A stretch of 64,000 bases of DNA from the NCBI GenBank assembly GCA_963813535.1, contig CAWEZH010000003.1, positions 224,001 through 288,000 on the forward strand, read 5' to 3'. The notes under the pieces are model-generated. The model was not told the DNA's origin. It made no database searches and worked only from the letters and a program-made list of their open reading frames with translations. A program made the position numbers and the translations under genes. The DNA is from an uncultured Chloroflexia bacterium (GTDB lineage: Bacteria > Chloroflexota > Limnocylindria > Limnocylindrales > CSP1-4). Every line of letters starts with the position of its first letter. Within the stretch, counting starts at the first letter, position 1. This document shows, in pieces, positions 1 through 9,754 of this stretch.

Positions 1-578
1 AGGATCCCCGAGCCGCAGCCGACGTCGAGGACGCGAGCCCCGGAGAGCCGACCGTCGTCGGCCAGCGGCTCGAGCGCCGCGAGGCACAGCCGGGTCGTCG
101 GGTGGAGACCGGTCCCGAACGCCATGCCCGGGTCGAGGGCGAGGACCACGTCGGCCGGACCAGCCCGGTGGCGACGCCAGGTCGGCCGGATGACCAGCCG
201 GCGGCCGATGCGCATGACCGGGAAATAGGCCTTCCACGCCTCGGCCCAGTCGGCCTCCCGGACGACACGGGTCTGGACCTCGCCGATCTGCCGCAGCCCG
301 AATGCCTGCAGGTGGCCGAGAGCGTCGGCGACCTCCGCCGCCGCCTGCGCGGCAGCCCTGGCCGCGGACGGATCCCCCGCCGGCACGTACCCGCGGACCA
401 CAGCCGGCCGGTTCGGGTCGACCCGTACGCCGAGCCCCTCGTCGACGAGGTCGAAGCCCGGCTCGACCGTGGTCCCGCCGCTGGCGACCCGGCCGAGGAT
501 CTCGCTGACCGCCTCGACCGCCTCCGGGTCGGCCTCGACGGACAATTCCAGCCACGCGCCGTCGGCCGCCGGCGTCAC
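1..578 (-). CDS. prmA: Ribosomal protein L11 methyltransferase (runs off the window edge)
   Basis: Hand translation of the minus strand: MTPAADGAWLELSVEAD...WAEAWK...DPGMAFGTGLHPTTRLCL...VLDVGCGSGIL; GTG start overlaps the dnaJ stop; canonical position after dnaJ. Confidence 0.93.
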   Translation of the reverse strand, partial: MTPAADGAWLELSVEADPEAVEAVSEILGRVASGGTTVEPGFDLVDEGLGVRVDPNRPAVVRGYVPAGDPSAARAAAQAAAEVADALGHLQAFGLRQIGEVQTRVVREADWAEAWKAYFPVMRIGRRLVIRPTWRRHRAGPADVVLALDPGMAFGTGLHPTTRLCLAALEPLADDGRLSGARVLDVGCGSGI

Positions 579-1690
579 CCCAGGCCGAGCTTGTCGAGGA
601 TGCCGCCGCTCGGCGCCGAGACGGTCTCGCCGGACTCCTTGGCAAATGCCTCGAGCAACTCGCGCTGCTTCTTCGACAGCTTCTTGGGCACCTCGACGTC
701 GACCAGGACATGCAGGTCGCCACGCGACCCGCTGCGACGCAGGTGGGGCACGCCCTTGCCCCGCAACCGGATGGCCGTGTCGGGCTGCGTGCCGGGTTTG
801 ATCTCGACCTCCTCCTCGCCCTCGACCGTCGGTACGGTGATCGTCGTCCCGAGCGCGGCCTGGGCGATCGAGATGCGCGCCTCGTAGTAGAGCTCGGTGC
901 CATCCCGCCGCAGCGTCGGGTGGGGCGCGACGTGGACCGCCACGTACAGCGAGCCGGGCGGACCCCCGCGCGGTCCGACCTCGCCCTCGTTGGTCAGCCG
1001 GATCTGGTGACCCTCGTCGATGCCGGCCGGGATCGTCACGCGGAGAGTTCGCTTGCCCTCGACGCGGCCCTCGCCGCGGCATGTCGGGCATGGATCCTCG
1101 ACGATCTTCCCTTCGCCCCGGCAGCGCGGACAGGCGCTGACGTTGACCATCTGGCCGAGCATCGTCTGGCGCACGCTGCGGACCTCGCCGCGGCCCTCGC
1201 ACTGCGGGCAGGTGATCGGTTCGCTACCAGGCGCGGCCCCGGTCCCGGAGCACGTCTCGCACCGGGCGAGCGATCGGAAGTCGATCTCCTTCTCCGTGCC
1301 CTTGACCGCTTCCTCGAACGTGATCCGCAGGTCATAGCGGAGGTCCGAGCCCGGGAGCGGGCGAGCGCGCCTGGTCGACCCCGTGGCCGACCCCCCGAAG
1401 AAGGCATCGAAGATGTCGCTGAACCCGCCGAACCCTTCGAAGCCCGCCCCGGCGGCACCGCCATCGACGCCCGCTTGCCCGAACATGTCGTAGCGCTGCC
1501 GACGTTCGGGGTCGGACAGGATCTGGTAGGCCTCGCTGGCTTCCTTGAATCGCGCCGGCGCCTCGGGATCCTTGTTGACGTCGGGGTGCCACTGCTGCGC
1601 GAGCTTGCGATAGGCGCGCTTGATCTCAGCGTCACTCGCTTCGCGCGGGACGCCGAGGACCTCGTACAGATCGCGCTCGGTGGTGGCCAT
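575..1690 (-). CDS. dnaJ: Molecular chaperone DnaJ
   Basis: J-domain with HPD, G/F-rich region, four CxxCxGxG zinc repeats. Confidence 0.98.
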   Translation of the reverse strand: MATTERDLYEVLGVPREASDAEIKRAYRKLAQQWHPDVNKDPEAPARFKEASEAYQILSDPERRQRYDMFGQAGVDGGAAGAGFEGFGGFSDIFDAFFGGSATGSTRRARPLPGSDLRYDLRITFEEAVKGTEKEIDFRSLARCETCSGTGAAPGSEPITCPQCEGRGEVRSVRQTMLGQMVNVSACPRCRGEGKIVEDPCPTCRGEGRVEGKRTLRVTIPAGIDEGHQIRLTNEGEVGPRGGPPGSLYVAVHVAPHPTLRRDGTELYYEARISIAQAALGTTITVPTVEGEEEVEIKPGTQPDTAIRLRGKGVPHLRRSGSRGDLHVLVDVEVPKKLSKKQRELLEAFAKESGETVSAPSGGILDKLGLG

Positions 1691-1702
1691 CGAGCCGAAA
1701 GT

Positions 1703-2389
1703 CTACGAGAGGGCCATGGCTTTGGCCGCGGCGAGGACCTCGTCGATCATCCGCGGCGTCAGCTTGCCCGTGAACGTGTTCTGTTGGCTCGGGTGGTACG
1801 TGCCGATGAGCCGGCTCGGGCCGACCTCGACCATCGCCCCGTGTCCGAACCGCGGCTTGTGCGGCAGCCGGTGACCGTTCGACGCCAAAGCCCGAAGTGC
1901 GGCGTCCCAGCCGTAGGCGCCGAGCGCGACGAGGACGCGCACGTGGTGGAGGATCGCCAGCTCCCGGGCGAGGTACGGGGCGCATGCGTCGCGTTCCTCG
2001 GGCGTCGGCTTGTTGGCCGGCGGGGCACAGCGGACTGCCGCGGCGATGTACGCATCGGTGAGGGTCAGGCCGTCGTCGGCGCGGCGGGCGACCGGTCGGT
2101 CGGCGAGGCCGGCGCGGTGGAGGGCGGCGAACAGGAAGTCGCCCGAGGCGTCCCCGGTGAAGACCCGGCCGGTGCGATTGCCGCCGTGGGCCGCGGGTGC
2201 CAGCCCGACCAACAGGATCCGCGCGTCGGGGTCGCCGAAGCCTGGCACCGGCCGGCCCCAGTACGTCTCGTCGCGGAACCGGGCCACCTTCTCGCGTGCG
2301 ACCGCTTCGCGCCAGGCGACCAGCCGCGGGCAGCGACGGCAGACGACGACCTCCGCCGTGAGGGCCGCCAACGCGGCCCGATCGGTCAC
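1703..2389 (-). CDS. Uracil-DNA glycosylase, family 5 (UdgB-like, Fe-S)
   Basis: CRRCPRL, GLAPAAHGGNRTGRVFTGD, RCAPPANKP and YHPSQQN motifs; start moved to GTG 2389 overlapping the upstream stop. Confidence 0.92.
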   Translation of the reverse strand: MTDRAALAALTAEVVVCRRCPRLVAWREAVAREKVARFRDETYWGRPVPGFGDPDARILLVGLAPAAHGGNRTGRVFTGDASGDFLFAALHRAGLADRPVARRADDGLTLTDAYIAAAVRCAPPANKPTPEERDACAPYLARELAILHHVRVLVALGAYGWDAALRALASNGHRLPHKPRFGHGAMVEVGPSRLIGTYHPSQQNTFTGKLTPRMIDEVLAAAKAMALS

Positions 2390-3186
2390 GTCAGCAGCAG
2401 CTTGTCGAGCCGGCGCGAGACGACGAACAGACCGGCGAACCCGACGACCACGAGATACACGATGTGGACGAGCAGGATCGGCGAGATGGCCCCGATCGTC
2501 AGCGAGCGGATGAGGTCGACGCCCTGGTAGAGCGGCGTGAGCTGGACGATGAAGCGGAGCGGCTCCGGATAGGTCTCGATCGGATAGAACGTCGCCGAGA
2601 ACAGGAACAGCGGGAGGACGACCAGCTGGATCAGGTCGAAGTCCTGCCAGGTCTTCATGAACGACGTGGCGGCCATGCCGACCGCCCCGAAGGCGAACCC
2701 GACGAGCAGCGCAGCTGGGACGGCGAACACGACCCATGGCGACACGATGAGGCCCAGCAGGATCAGGACGACCATGAACCCGATCGAGTACAGCCCGCCG
2801 CGGATGAGCGCCCAGATCAACTCACCGACCGCGATGTCGCCGGCCGACAGGGGCGTGGCCAGGATGGCCGTGAATGTCTTGTTGTAGTGGAGCTTGAAGA
2901 AGAAGTTGAAGGTGCTCTCGTTGATCGCCCCGTTCATGGCGGCGGTCGCCAGGAGCGCCGGTGCGACGAACAGCTGGTACGGGATCGGTTCACCGCCGGG
3001 GCCCGGGACGGTACCGATGAGCGCCCCGAGCCCGAAGCCGATGCTGAGCAGGTAGAACAGCGGCTCGAAGAAGCCGGACAGCAGCACCAGCCACGTGTGG
3101 CTGTAGACGAAGATGTTGCGTTCGACCAGGCGCAGCGAGCGTCGACTGCCGATGAGCAGCGCCGAGGTCAGCGGCAGGGCGGTCAT
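2386..3186 (-). CDS. ABC-2 type exporter permease (NodJ-like)
   Basis: About 6 TM segments; FEPLFYL, LFLFSATFYP and TPLYQGV motifs. Confidence 0.9.
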   Translation of the reverse strand: MTALPLTSALLIGSRRSLRLVERNIFVYSHTWLVLLSGFFEPLFYLLSIGFGLGALIGTVPGPGGEPIPYQLFVAPALLATAAMNGAINESTFNFFFKLHYNKTFTAILATPLSAGDIAVGELIWALIRGGLYSIGFMVVLILLGLIVSPWVVFAVPAALLVGFAFGAVGMAATSFMKTWQDFDLIQLVVLPLFLFSATFYPIETYPEPLRFIVQLTPLYQGVDLIRSLTIGAISPILLVHIVYLVVVGFAGLFVVSRRLDKLLLT

Positions 3187-3989
3187 CCGCGGATCAGCTT
3201 CCCGCTGACCGTCCGGACCATGAACACGGCGCCGACGACGGCGAAGGCGATGAGGATGCCGAGGTGGACGGCGGCGAGCTCGATCGTCGGCTCGTCACCG
3301 ATGGTGCCCAGCGACAGCCCGCGGGCGAGGACGACACCGTGGTACAGCGGGGTGAGCCATGCGAGCGCCTGCAGGAACGGCGGCAGGGTGTCGATCGGGT
3401 AGAACGTCCCCGAGAAGAGGAAGAGGGGCATGATCCCGAACCGGAAGATCGCCGCGAAACGCTCGGGCGTGCGCTGGGTCGCGGCGAATGCGGCGATCGG
3501 CGTCGCGAACGCAAGGCCGGTCAGCGCCGCCACCGGGATGGCCAGCACGATGAGCGGCGACATGGCGGCGCCGAACAGGATGATCACGAGCGTGAACACG
3601 CCGGAGATCAGCAGCAGTCGCGCCGCGAACCACACGACGTTGCCGAGCGCGATGTCACGGCCGCTGATCGGGGTGGCGAACATCGCGTGGTAGACGCGGC
3701 TCCAGACGAGACCGGCCATGATCGGGAACGTCGCCTCGAACGAGGCCGCCTGCATGCACGTGGCGACCAGGAGCCCCGGGGCCAGGAACGCGATGTACGG
3801 CACGCCACCGAGGGCGGCGTCAGTGGACTGATCGACGTACCCGCCGAGGCCGAGCCCCATCGCGGCCAGGAACAGGACCGGGGTGAGGAACGAGCTGAAC
3901 AGGCTCGCCCTGAACGTCCGACGGTAGACGAGGAACCGGTGCTCGAAGACGCGCCCGATGCCGGGCGACGGACGGGCGACGGCGGCCAT
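3183..3989 (-). CDS. ABC-2 type exporter permease
   Basis: YIAFLAPG, LFLFSGTFYP and TPLYHGV motifs; paralogous to the neighbouring permease. Confidence 0.9.
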   Translation of the reverse strand: MAAVARPSPGIGRVFEHRFLVYRRTFRASLFSSFLTPVLFLAAMGLGLGGYVDQSTDAALGGVPYIAFLAPGLLVATCMQAASFEATFPIMAGLVWSRVYHAMFATPISGRDIALGNVVWFAARLLLISGVFTLVIILFGAAMSPLIVLAIPVAALTGLAFATPIAAFAATQRTPERFAAIFRFGIMPLFLFSGTFYPIDTLPPFLQALAWLTPLYHGVVLARGLSLGTIGDEPTIELAAVHLGILIAFAVVGAVFMVRTVSGKLIRG

Positions 3990-4939
3990 CAGTCGATCAA
4001 TGAGCGGCCGGTCAGGCGCAGGAAGACGTCCTCGAGCGACGACCGGCGGACGAGGACGGTCTCTGGCTCGAGCCCGCGCGCATGGGCTGCGGCGACGGCT
4101 GCCTCGCCGTCGTCGGCGTAGAGCAGGACACGATCGGGTAATCGCTCGATGCGCTCGGCGAGGCCATCGAGCTGACCGTCGAGCGTGTCCTGGACGCCCG
4201 GGGCGAATCGGAGCTCGGTCACCTCGCGGGTCGAGTACTGCTCGATCAGCGAGCGCGGCGAGCCCTCGGCCACGATCTTGGCCTTGTCCATCACGACGAG
4301 CCGGTCACAGAGCTGCTCCGCCTCGTCCATGTAGTGCGTCGTCAGGACGAGGGTCACGCCCCGTTGCTTGAGCCGATAGAGGCGGTCCCAGAGCAGGTGG
4401 CGCGCCTGCGGGTCGAGTCCCGTGGTGGGCTCGTCGAGGAGCAGGAGCTCGGGTTCGTTGATCAGGCTCCGGGCGATCGTCAGCCGGCGCTTCATGCCGC
4501 CCGACATGTGCTCGACCTGGTCGCCGGCCCGCTCGGTCAGCTGGGCGAACTCCAGGAGCTCGTCGGCACGGCGACCGACCGCGGCATGGCTGAGACCGAA
4601 ATAGCGGCCGTAGATCAGGAGGTTCTCGCGCACGGTCAGTTCGGTGTCGAGCGTGTCCTGCTGCGGCACCACGCCGAGACGCGCCCGGATGCGCGGACCG
4701 TCACGGTCAGGGTCCATGCCGAGGACGCGCAGGTCGCCGCCACTCAGCGGCGAGACGCAGCCGATCATCCGCATCGTCGATGTCTTGCCGGCGCCATTCG
4801 GGCCGAGGAACCCGAACGATTCGCCGGGCGCGACGTCGAAGTCGATGGCATCGACGGCGGTGAAGTCATCGAAGCGCTTCGTCAGCCCGCGGGCATGGAT
4901 GAGCGAGGTCGAGTCGACCGACTCGGGCTGTTCCGGCAT
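3989..4939 (-). CDS. ABC exporter ATP-binding subunit (NodI/DrrA-like)
   Basis: Walker A GPNGAGKT, signature MSGGMKRR, Walker B LLLLDEPT, H-loop TTHY. Confidence 0.95.
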   Translation of the reverse strand: MPEQPESVDSTSLIHARGLTKRFDDFTAVDAIDFDVAPGESFGFLGPNGAGKTSTMRMIGCVSPLSGGDLRVLGMDPDRDGPRIRARLGVVPQQDTLDTELTVRENLLIYGRYFGLSHAAVGRRADELLEFAQLTERAGDQVEHMSGGMKRRLTIARSLINEPELLLLDEPTTGLDPQARHLLWDRLYRLKQRGVTLVLTTHYMDEAEQLCDRLVVMDKAKIVAEGSPRSLIEQYSTREVTELRFAPGVQDTLDGQLDGLAERIERLPDRVLLYADDGEAAVAAAHARGLEPETVLVRRSSLEDVFLRLTGRSLID

Positions 4940-5060
4940 GGGCGGGCATGGTACCGCCGAACCGTGCCATCCGGCATGGCATGAAAAACGTGCTACCCGC
5001 GAGTAGCGCTATCTGGTATCATCGCGGCGGACGCATCGACAACCGATCCAGGAGCCGGCC

Positions 5061-5540
5061 ATGGCCACGATCCCCATCCCTGCCGCCGAGCTGCTCGCGA
5101 AGGCGCTCGTCGCGGAATTGACGGTCATCGACCCGACGGGCCGCCCGGTGACGTACCCACTCATCCCGCTGTGGGACGGCGAGCGCATCTACATGACGTC
5201 GTCGACCCTCTTCAGCCGCAAGCTCGAGCACATCGGGCGAAACGGCAAAGTCTCGGTGTCCGTCTCGGATCCGGTGAGCGTCGAGGGTAGGCCGGATCGG
5301 GTCACGATCCAGGGCGACGCACGCGTCATCGCGGACGACCCGCACGGTGGCTGGGAGCGACTGCTCCCGATCTGGTCGGCCAAGGAGCCGGCGATCGTCT
5401 CGTTCCTCAAGGCGCGCGTCGCGCTGCCCTTGTTCTTCGAACGTGCGCTCATCGAGATCGTCCCGCGCCGCGTCCTGTATTGGGGTGACGGCGACACGAC
5501 GATCGCGCCACAGGTCACCGACATCGAGGAGGCCGCGTGA
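5061..5540 (+). CDS. Pyridoxamine-5'-phosphate-oxidase-like split-barrel protein (possibly F420- or FMN-binding)
   Basis: LTVIDPTGRP, RKLEHIGRNGKVSVSV, VTIQGDARV and IEIVPRRVLYW pattern; RBS AGGAG. Confidence 0.8.
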   Translation: MATIPIPAAELLAKALVAELTVIDPTGRPVTYPLIPLWDGERIYMTSSTLFSRKLEHIGRNGKVSVSVSDPVSVEGRPDRVTIQGDARVIADDPHGGWERLLPIWSAKEPAIVSFLKARVALPLFFERALIEIVPRRVLYWGDGDTTIAPQVTDIEEAA

Positions 5541-6943
5541 TGCGCTCGACCCCTCCGCTCGACGCCCGCGCCGGCCTCGAAAGGCTGGCGACCTACCCGT
5601 TCCACATCGCATCGTGGGTGGATGACGCCGGCTACCCGGTGTCGGTCGTCGTCCAGGCCAGCATCGACCCGCGTAGCCTGGCCGCGACCTTCGCGCCTCC
5701 CGCAGGTCTGGCCGTACCGACCGACCGCGACGTATCGCTGACCGGATCGCACATCCGGCCACAACCCGGCTACGGCTACGACGAGCGGCGGCACGTAACG
5801 GTCTGGGGCCACGTGTCGCCCGGGATCCGCGCCGACACGATGGCGCGCGTCCTGACCCTGATCGGTCGATCAGCCTGGGGCTGGGACGAATCGGAGACGC
5901 CGTTCTTCGAGTACTCCGAGCGCTCCGTGCCGCGCTCGCGGCGCTACTTCGACGCCTTGTCGGCCGAGCGCGGGACGCCGGTGAAGCCACGCCTCTCGTT
6001 CGGCTTCCTGACGCTGCGCGCGACGCGCCTACCGTTCCTGACCGCCACGATCGTGCCGGTCGTCCTGGGTATCGCGATCGCGGCGAGCCACGGCTCGTTC
6101 GACCTCGCGGCGGCTGCGCTGACCATCATCGGTGCCGCGTTCGTCCAGCTCGGCCTGAACGTCGCCAACGACGTGTTCGACGCCGTCCAGGGCGCCGACG
6201 ACGCGAACGTGACGCCGACCCAGTTCAGCGGCGGCTCGCGGGTCATCCAATACGGGCTCGTGTCACTGCGGCGCATGGCGTCGATCGCGACGGCCTTCTA
6301 CGTGGCCGCGGCCCTTGTCGGCCTGGTGCTCCTGGCGACCCATGGGTCGCTCGCGCTCCTGGTGATCGGGATCGTGGGGTTCGTGGTCTCGCTGGGGTAC
6401 ACCGCGCCGCCGCTGAAGTTCGTCTATCGCGGGCTCGGCGAGGTCGCCGTCGCGCTCGGGTTCGGACCGCTGATGCTGCTCGGCGCCTACGTCGTGCAGA
6501 CCGGTGGCCAGCTCGCCTGGGAACCGTTCGTGGCGTCGATCCCGATCGCGCTCCTCGTCGCGTTGATCCTCTATGTCAACGAGATCCCCGATCGGCGCGG
6601 CGATGCGTATGCGGGCAAGCGGACGCTGCCGGTGCGCTTCTCCCGCTCGACCATCGTGACTGGCTACAACGTCGCGGCCGCCGCGGCGTATGTCGCGGTC
6701 GTGGGTGGCGTGGCGGTCGGCCTGCTGCCGGTCCCCGCGTTGCTGATGTTGCTGACGATCCCGCTGGCGCGGCGCGTGTCGTCCGGTCTGACACCGAACT
6801 ACGACAACCCGTACGGGCTGATGGCGTTCATGGGGGTCAACGTCCGGTTGCACCTCGCGGCGGGTGCGCTGCTGCTGGTCGCGTACGTGATCGTGATCGC
6901 GGCGATGGTGCTCGCTCCCGGGGTCGACCTCTTCCTGGGCTGA
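5537..6943 (+). CDS. MenA/UbiA-family prenyltransferase with an extra ~160-aa N-terminal split-barrel-like domain
   Basis: C-terminal part has NVANDVFDAVQGADD, GGSRVI, YTAPPLKFVYRGLGE and NEIPDRRGD..GKRTL (MenA motifs) plus 8-9 TM segments; N-terminal part has WVDDAGYPVS and HVTVWG. Confidence 0.8.
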   Translation: MMRSTPPLDARAGLERLATYPFHIASWVDDAGYPVSVVVQASIDPRSLAATFAPPAGLAVPTDRDVSLTGSHIRPQPGYGYDERRHVTVWGHVSPGIRADTMARVLTLIGRSAWGWDESETPFFEYSERSVPRSRRYFDALSAERGTPVKPRLSFGFLTLRATRLPFLTATIVPVVLGIAIAASHGSFDLAAAALTIIGAAFVQLGLNVANDVFDAVQGADDANVTPTQFSGGSRVIQYGLVSLRRMASIATAFYVAAALVGLVLLATHGSLALLVIGIVGFVVSLGYTAPPLKFVYRGLGEVAVALGFGPLMLLGAYVVQTGGQLAWEPFVASIPIALLVALILYVNEIPDRRGDAYAGKRTLPVRFSRSTIVTGYNVAAAAAYVAVVGGVAVGLLPVPALLMLLTIPLARRVSSGLTPNYDNPYGLMAFMGVNVRLHLAAGALLLVAYVIVIAAMVLAPGVDLFLG

Positions 6944-7020
6944 TGATGGTTGGCGGGGCTGCTCCCGCCCCGCTTGGCCAGGTACGTCGGCGGTAAGCGC
7001 ACCTCGCGACACTGGCCGCC

Positions 7021-7146
7021 ATGGATACGGTCCGGATCGGCCTGTCGATTCGCGCGCTCCGTCGCCGGCGAGGGCTCAGCCAAGAGCGACTCGCACGGCT
7101 CGTCGGTGTTTCGCGTTCGACCGTCGCCCGTATCGAGCGCGGTCGT
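7021..7146 (+). pseudogene. Truncated XRE-family helix-turn-helix gene
   Basis: IRALRRRRGLSQERLARLVGVSRSTVARIERG is a clean XRE HTH, after which the frame runs antisense into the dnaK 3' end. Confidence 0.6.
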
Positions 7147-7182
7147 GAGGGCCCGCGAGGAGCCCCCAACGGGCCCGGAGTC

Positions 7183-9138
7183 CTAGACCTCCTTGAACTC
7201 GCCTTCGACCGCTTCCTCGCCCTCGGTGTCGCCCGCGGCTGAGGACTCGTCGGCGTCGCCCTCGGTGCCACCGTCGGCCGAACCGTCACCGTCCTCGGCG
7301 CCGTTCGTGGCCCCGGCCTCGGATGCCGACGCCTGATAGGCGGCGGTCGAGACGCGGTTCAGCGTCTCGGCGAGGGCCGTCATCCCGGAGCGGATCAGGT
7401 CCACGTCCGAGCCCTTCAGCGCCTCGCGCAGCGAGGACACCTGGTTCTCGACCTCGAGCTTGTCCTCGGACGAGACCTTCTCGCCCAGGTCCTTGAGCGT
7501 CCGCTCGGCCTGGAACGTGAGCGCCTCGGCCTGGTTGCGGGTCTCGACCTCTTCGCGTCGCTGCTTGTCCTCGTCGGCGTGCTCGGCGGCGTCGCGCACC
7601 ATCTGGTCCACGGCGTCCTTCGAGAGCATCGACGAGGCCGTGATCCGGACCTGCTGTTCCTTGCTGGTCGCCCGGTCCTTGGCCTTGACGTCGAGGATGC
7701 CGTTCGCGTCGATGTCGAACGTCACCTCGATCTGCGGCACACCGCGCGGCGCCGGCGGGATCCCGTCGAGGATGAACCGGCCCAATGTCTTGTTGTCGGC
7801 CGCGAAGTCGCGCTCGCCCTGCAGGACGTGGATCTCGACCTGCGACTGATTGTCCGACGCGGTCGAGAACACCTGCGACTTCGAGGTCGGGATGGTCGTG
7901 TTTCGTTCGATCAGCTTGGTCATCACCCCGCCGAGCGTCTCGATGCCGAGCGACAACGGTGTCACGTCAAGCAGGAGTACGTCCTTGACGTCGCCCGCCA
8001 GCACGCCGGCCTGGATGGCCGCACCGATGGCAACGACCTCGTCCGGGTTCACGCCCTTGTGGGGCTCCTTCCCATCGAACATCTTCTTGACCGCCTCGAC
8101 GACGGCCGGCATGCGCGTCATGCCGCCGACGAGGATCACCTCGTCGATGTCCGCGGGCTTGAGACCGGAGTCCTTGAGCGCAGCCTTGACCGGACCCTCC
8201 GTCTTGGACACGAGGTCGGCGACGAGATCCTCGAGCTTCGCCCGGGTCAGCGTGACGACGAGGTGCTTCGGACCGGAGGCATCGGCCGTGATGTACGGCA
8301 GGTTGATCTCGGTCGTCGCCGTCGTCGACAGCTCGATCTTCGCCTTCTCGGCGGCCTCCTTGAGACGCTGCAGGGCCTGCTGGTCCTTGGACAGGTCGAT
8401 GCCCTGGTCCTTCTTGAACTCGGCGAGCAGCCAGTCGATGACGCGCTGGTCGAAGTCGTCTCCGCCCAGGTGCGTGTCGCCGTTGGTCGCCTTGACCTCG
8501 AAGACGCCCTCACCGAGCTCGAGGATCGAGATGTCGAACGTGCCACCACCGAGGTCGTAGACCGCGATCTTCTCGTCGCCCTTCTTGTCGAGCCCATAGG
8601 CGAGCGCCGACGCGGTCGGCTCGTTGATGATCCGCTTCACCTCGAGACCGGCGATGCGTCCGGCGTCCTTGGTCGCCTGGCGCTGCGTGTCGTCGAAGTA
8701 GGCCGGGACCGTGATGACCGCCTCGGTCACCTTCTCGCCGAGGTACGCCTCGGCATCGGTCTTGAGCTTCTGCAGGATCATCGCGCTGATCTCGGGCGGC
8801 GTGTAGGTCTTGCCATCCGCGAGCTTCACGCCGATCCCGTCCGAGCTGGGATCCTTCTCGACCGTGTACGGCACGAGCTCGCGCGACCGCTTGGTCTCCG
8901 GATCGTCGAACCGACGACCCATGAAGCGCTTGATCGAGAAGACGGTATTGCCGGGGTTGGTCACGGCCTGCCGCTTGGCGAGCTGGCCGACCAGCCGCTC
9001 CCCGGTCTTGGTGAAGGCGACCACGCTGGGGATGGTCCGCCCGCCCTCCGCCGATGCGATGACGGTCGGTTCGCCGCCCTCCATGACGGCGACGACGGAG
9101 TTCGTCGTGCCGAGGTCGATGCCGATGATCTTGGCCAT
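7183..9138 (-). CDS. dnaK: Molecular chaperone DnaK
   Basis: [40 protein letters not shown]; start moved to ATG 9138. Confidence 0.99.
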   Translation of the reverse strand: MAKIIGIDLGTTNSVVAVMEGGEPTVIASAEGGRTIPSVVAFTKTGERLVGQLAKRQAVTNPGNTVFSIKRFMGRRFDDPETKRSRELVPYTVEKDPSSDGIGVKLADGKTYTPPEISAMILQKLKTDAEAYLGEKVTEAVITVPAYFDDTQRQATKDAGRIAGLEVKRIINEPTASALAYGLDKKGDEKIAVYDLGGGTFDISILELGEGVFEVKATNGDTHLGGDDFDQRVIDWLLAEFKKDQGIDLSKDQQALQRLKEAAEKAKIELSTTATTEINLPYITADASGPKHLVVTLTRAKLEDLVADLVSKTEGPVKAALKDSGLKPADIDEVILVGGMTRMPAVVEAVKKMFDGKEPHKGVNPDEVVAIGAAIQAGVLAGDVKDVLLLDVTPLSLGIETLGGVMTKLIERNTTIPTSKSQVFSTASDNQSQVEIHVLQGERDFAADNKTLGRFILDGIPPAPRGVPQIEVTFDIDANGILDVKAKDRATSKEQQVRITASSMLSKDAVDQMVRDAAEHADEDKQRREEVETRNQAEALTFQAERTLKDLGEKVSSEDKLEVENQVSSLREALKGSDVDLIRSGMTALAETLNRVSTAAYQASASEAGATNGAEDGDGSADGGTEGDADESSAAGDTEGEEAVEGEFKEV

Positions 9139-9175
9139 GATGTGTGTCTGCTCCTCGTCGGGTCTGCTGGTCGGG

Positions 9176-9754
9176 TCAGTTCGGTAGGTCGTTCGTTGCC
9201 GGTTCACCGGCGCCGGCAACGGCCACGAGGGCCGGCCGGATCACACGGTCGCGCAGTCGATACCCGCGCCGGACCTGCTCGACGATCTCGCCCTCGGGCC
9301 GGCCGGTGCCGGGAACGTTGGCGATCGCCTCGTGCTCGCGCGGGTCGAAGGTCGTGCCGGGTTCGGCCGCGATCGGGCTGACGCCCTCGCTCTCGAGCAG
9401 CGCCCTGAGCTTGCGGTCGATGGCGGCGACACCCTCGAACCACGGTTCACCCGCGATCGACTCCGGGCGTGCCTCGATGGCGCGGTCGAAGTCGTCGGCG
9501 ATCGCGAGCACCTTGCGGATGAGGTCCTCGCCGGCAAGTCCGAGTTCACGCTCGCGCTCTTCGGCCGTGCGGCGCTTGTAATTGAGGAACTCCGCCCGCT
9601 CGCGCTGGAGCGCGGTCAGGTACTCGTCGGCCTGGGACGTGGTCTCGGCGAGCTCGCCCTTGAGCGCCTCGATCTCCTCCAGGAGCTTGGTCGGCCGGAT
9701 ATCGATCTCTTCGGCGCGCTCATCGGCGCGCGTGCGCTGGCGCGGTTCAGGCAT
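9176..9754 (-). CDS. grpE: Nucleotide exchange factor GrpE
   Basis: [34 protein letters not shown]. Confidence 0.97.
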   Translation of the reverse strand: MPEPRQRTRADERAEEIDIRPTKLLEEIEALKGELAETTSQADEYLTALQRERAEFLNYKRRTAEERERELGLAGEDLIRKVLAIADDFDRAIEARPESIAGEPWFEGVAAIDRKLRALLESEGVSPIAAEPGTTFDPREHEAIANVPGTGRPEGEIVEQVRRGYRLRDRVIRPALVAVAGAGEPATNDLPN

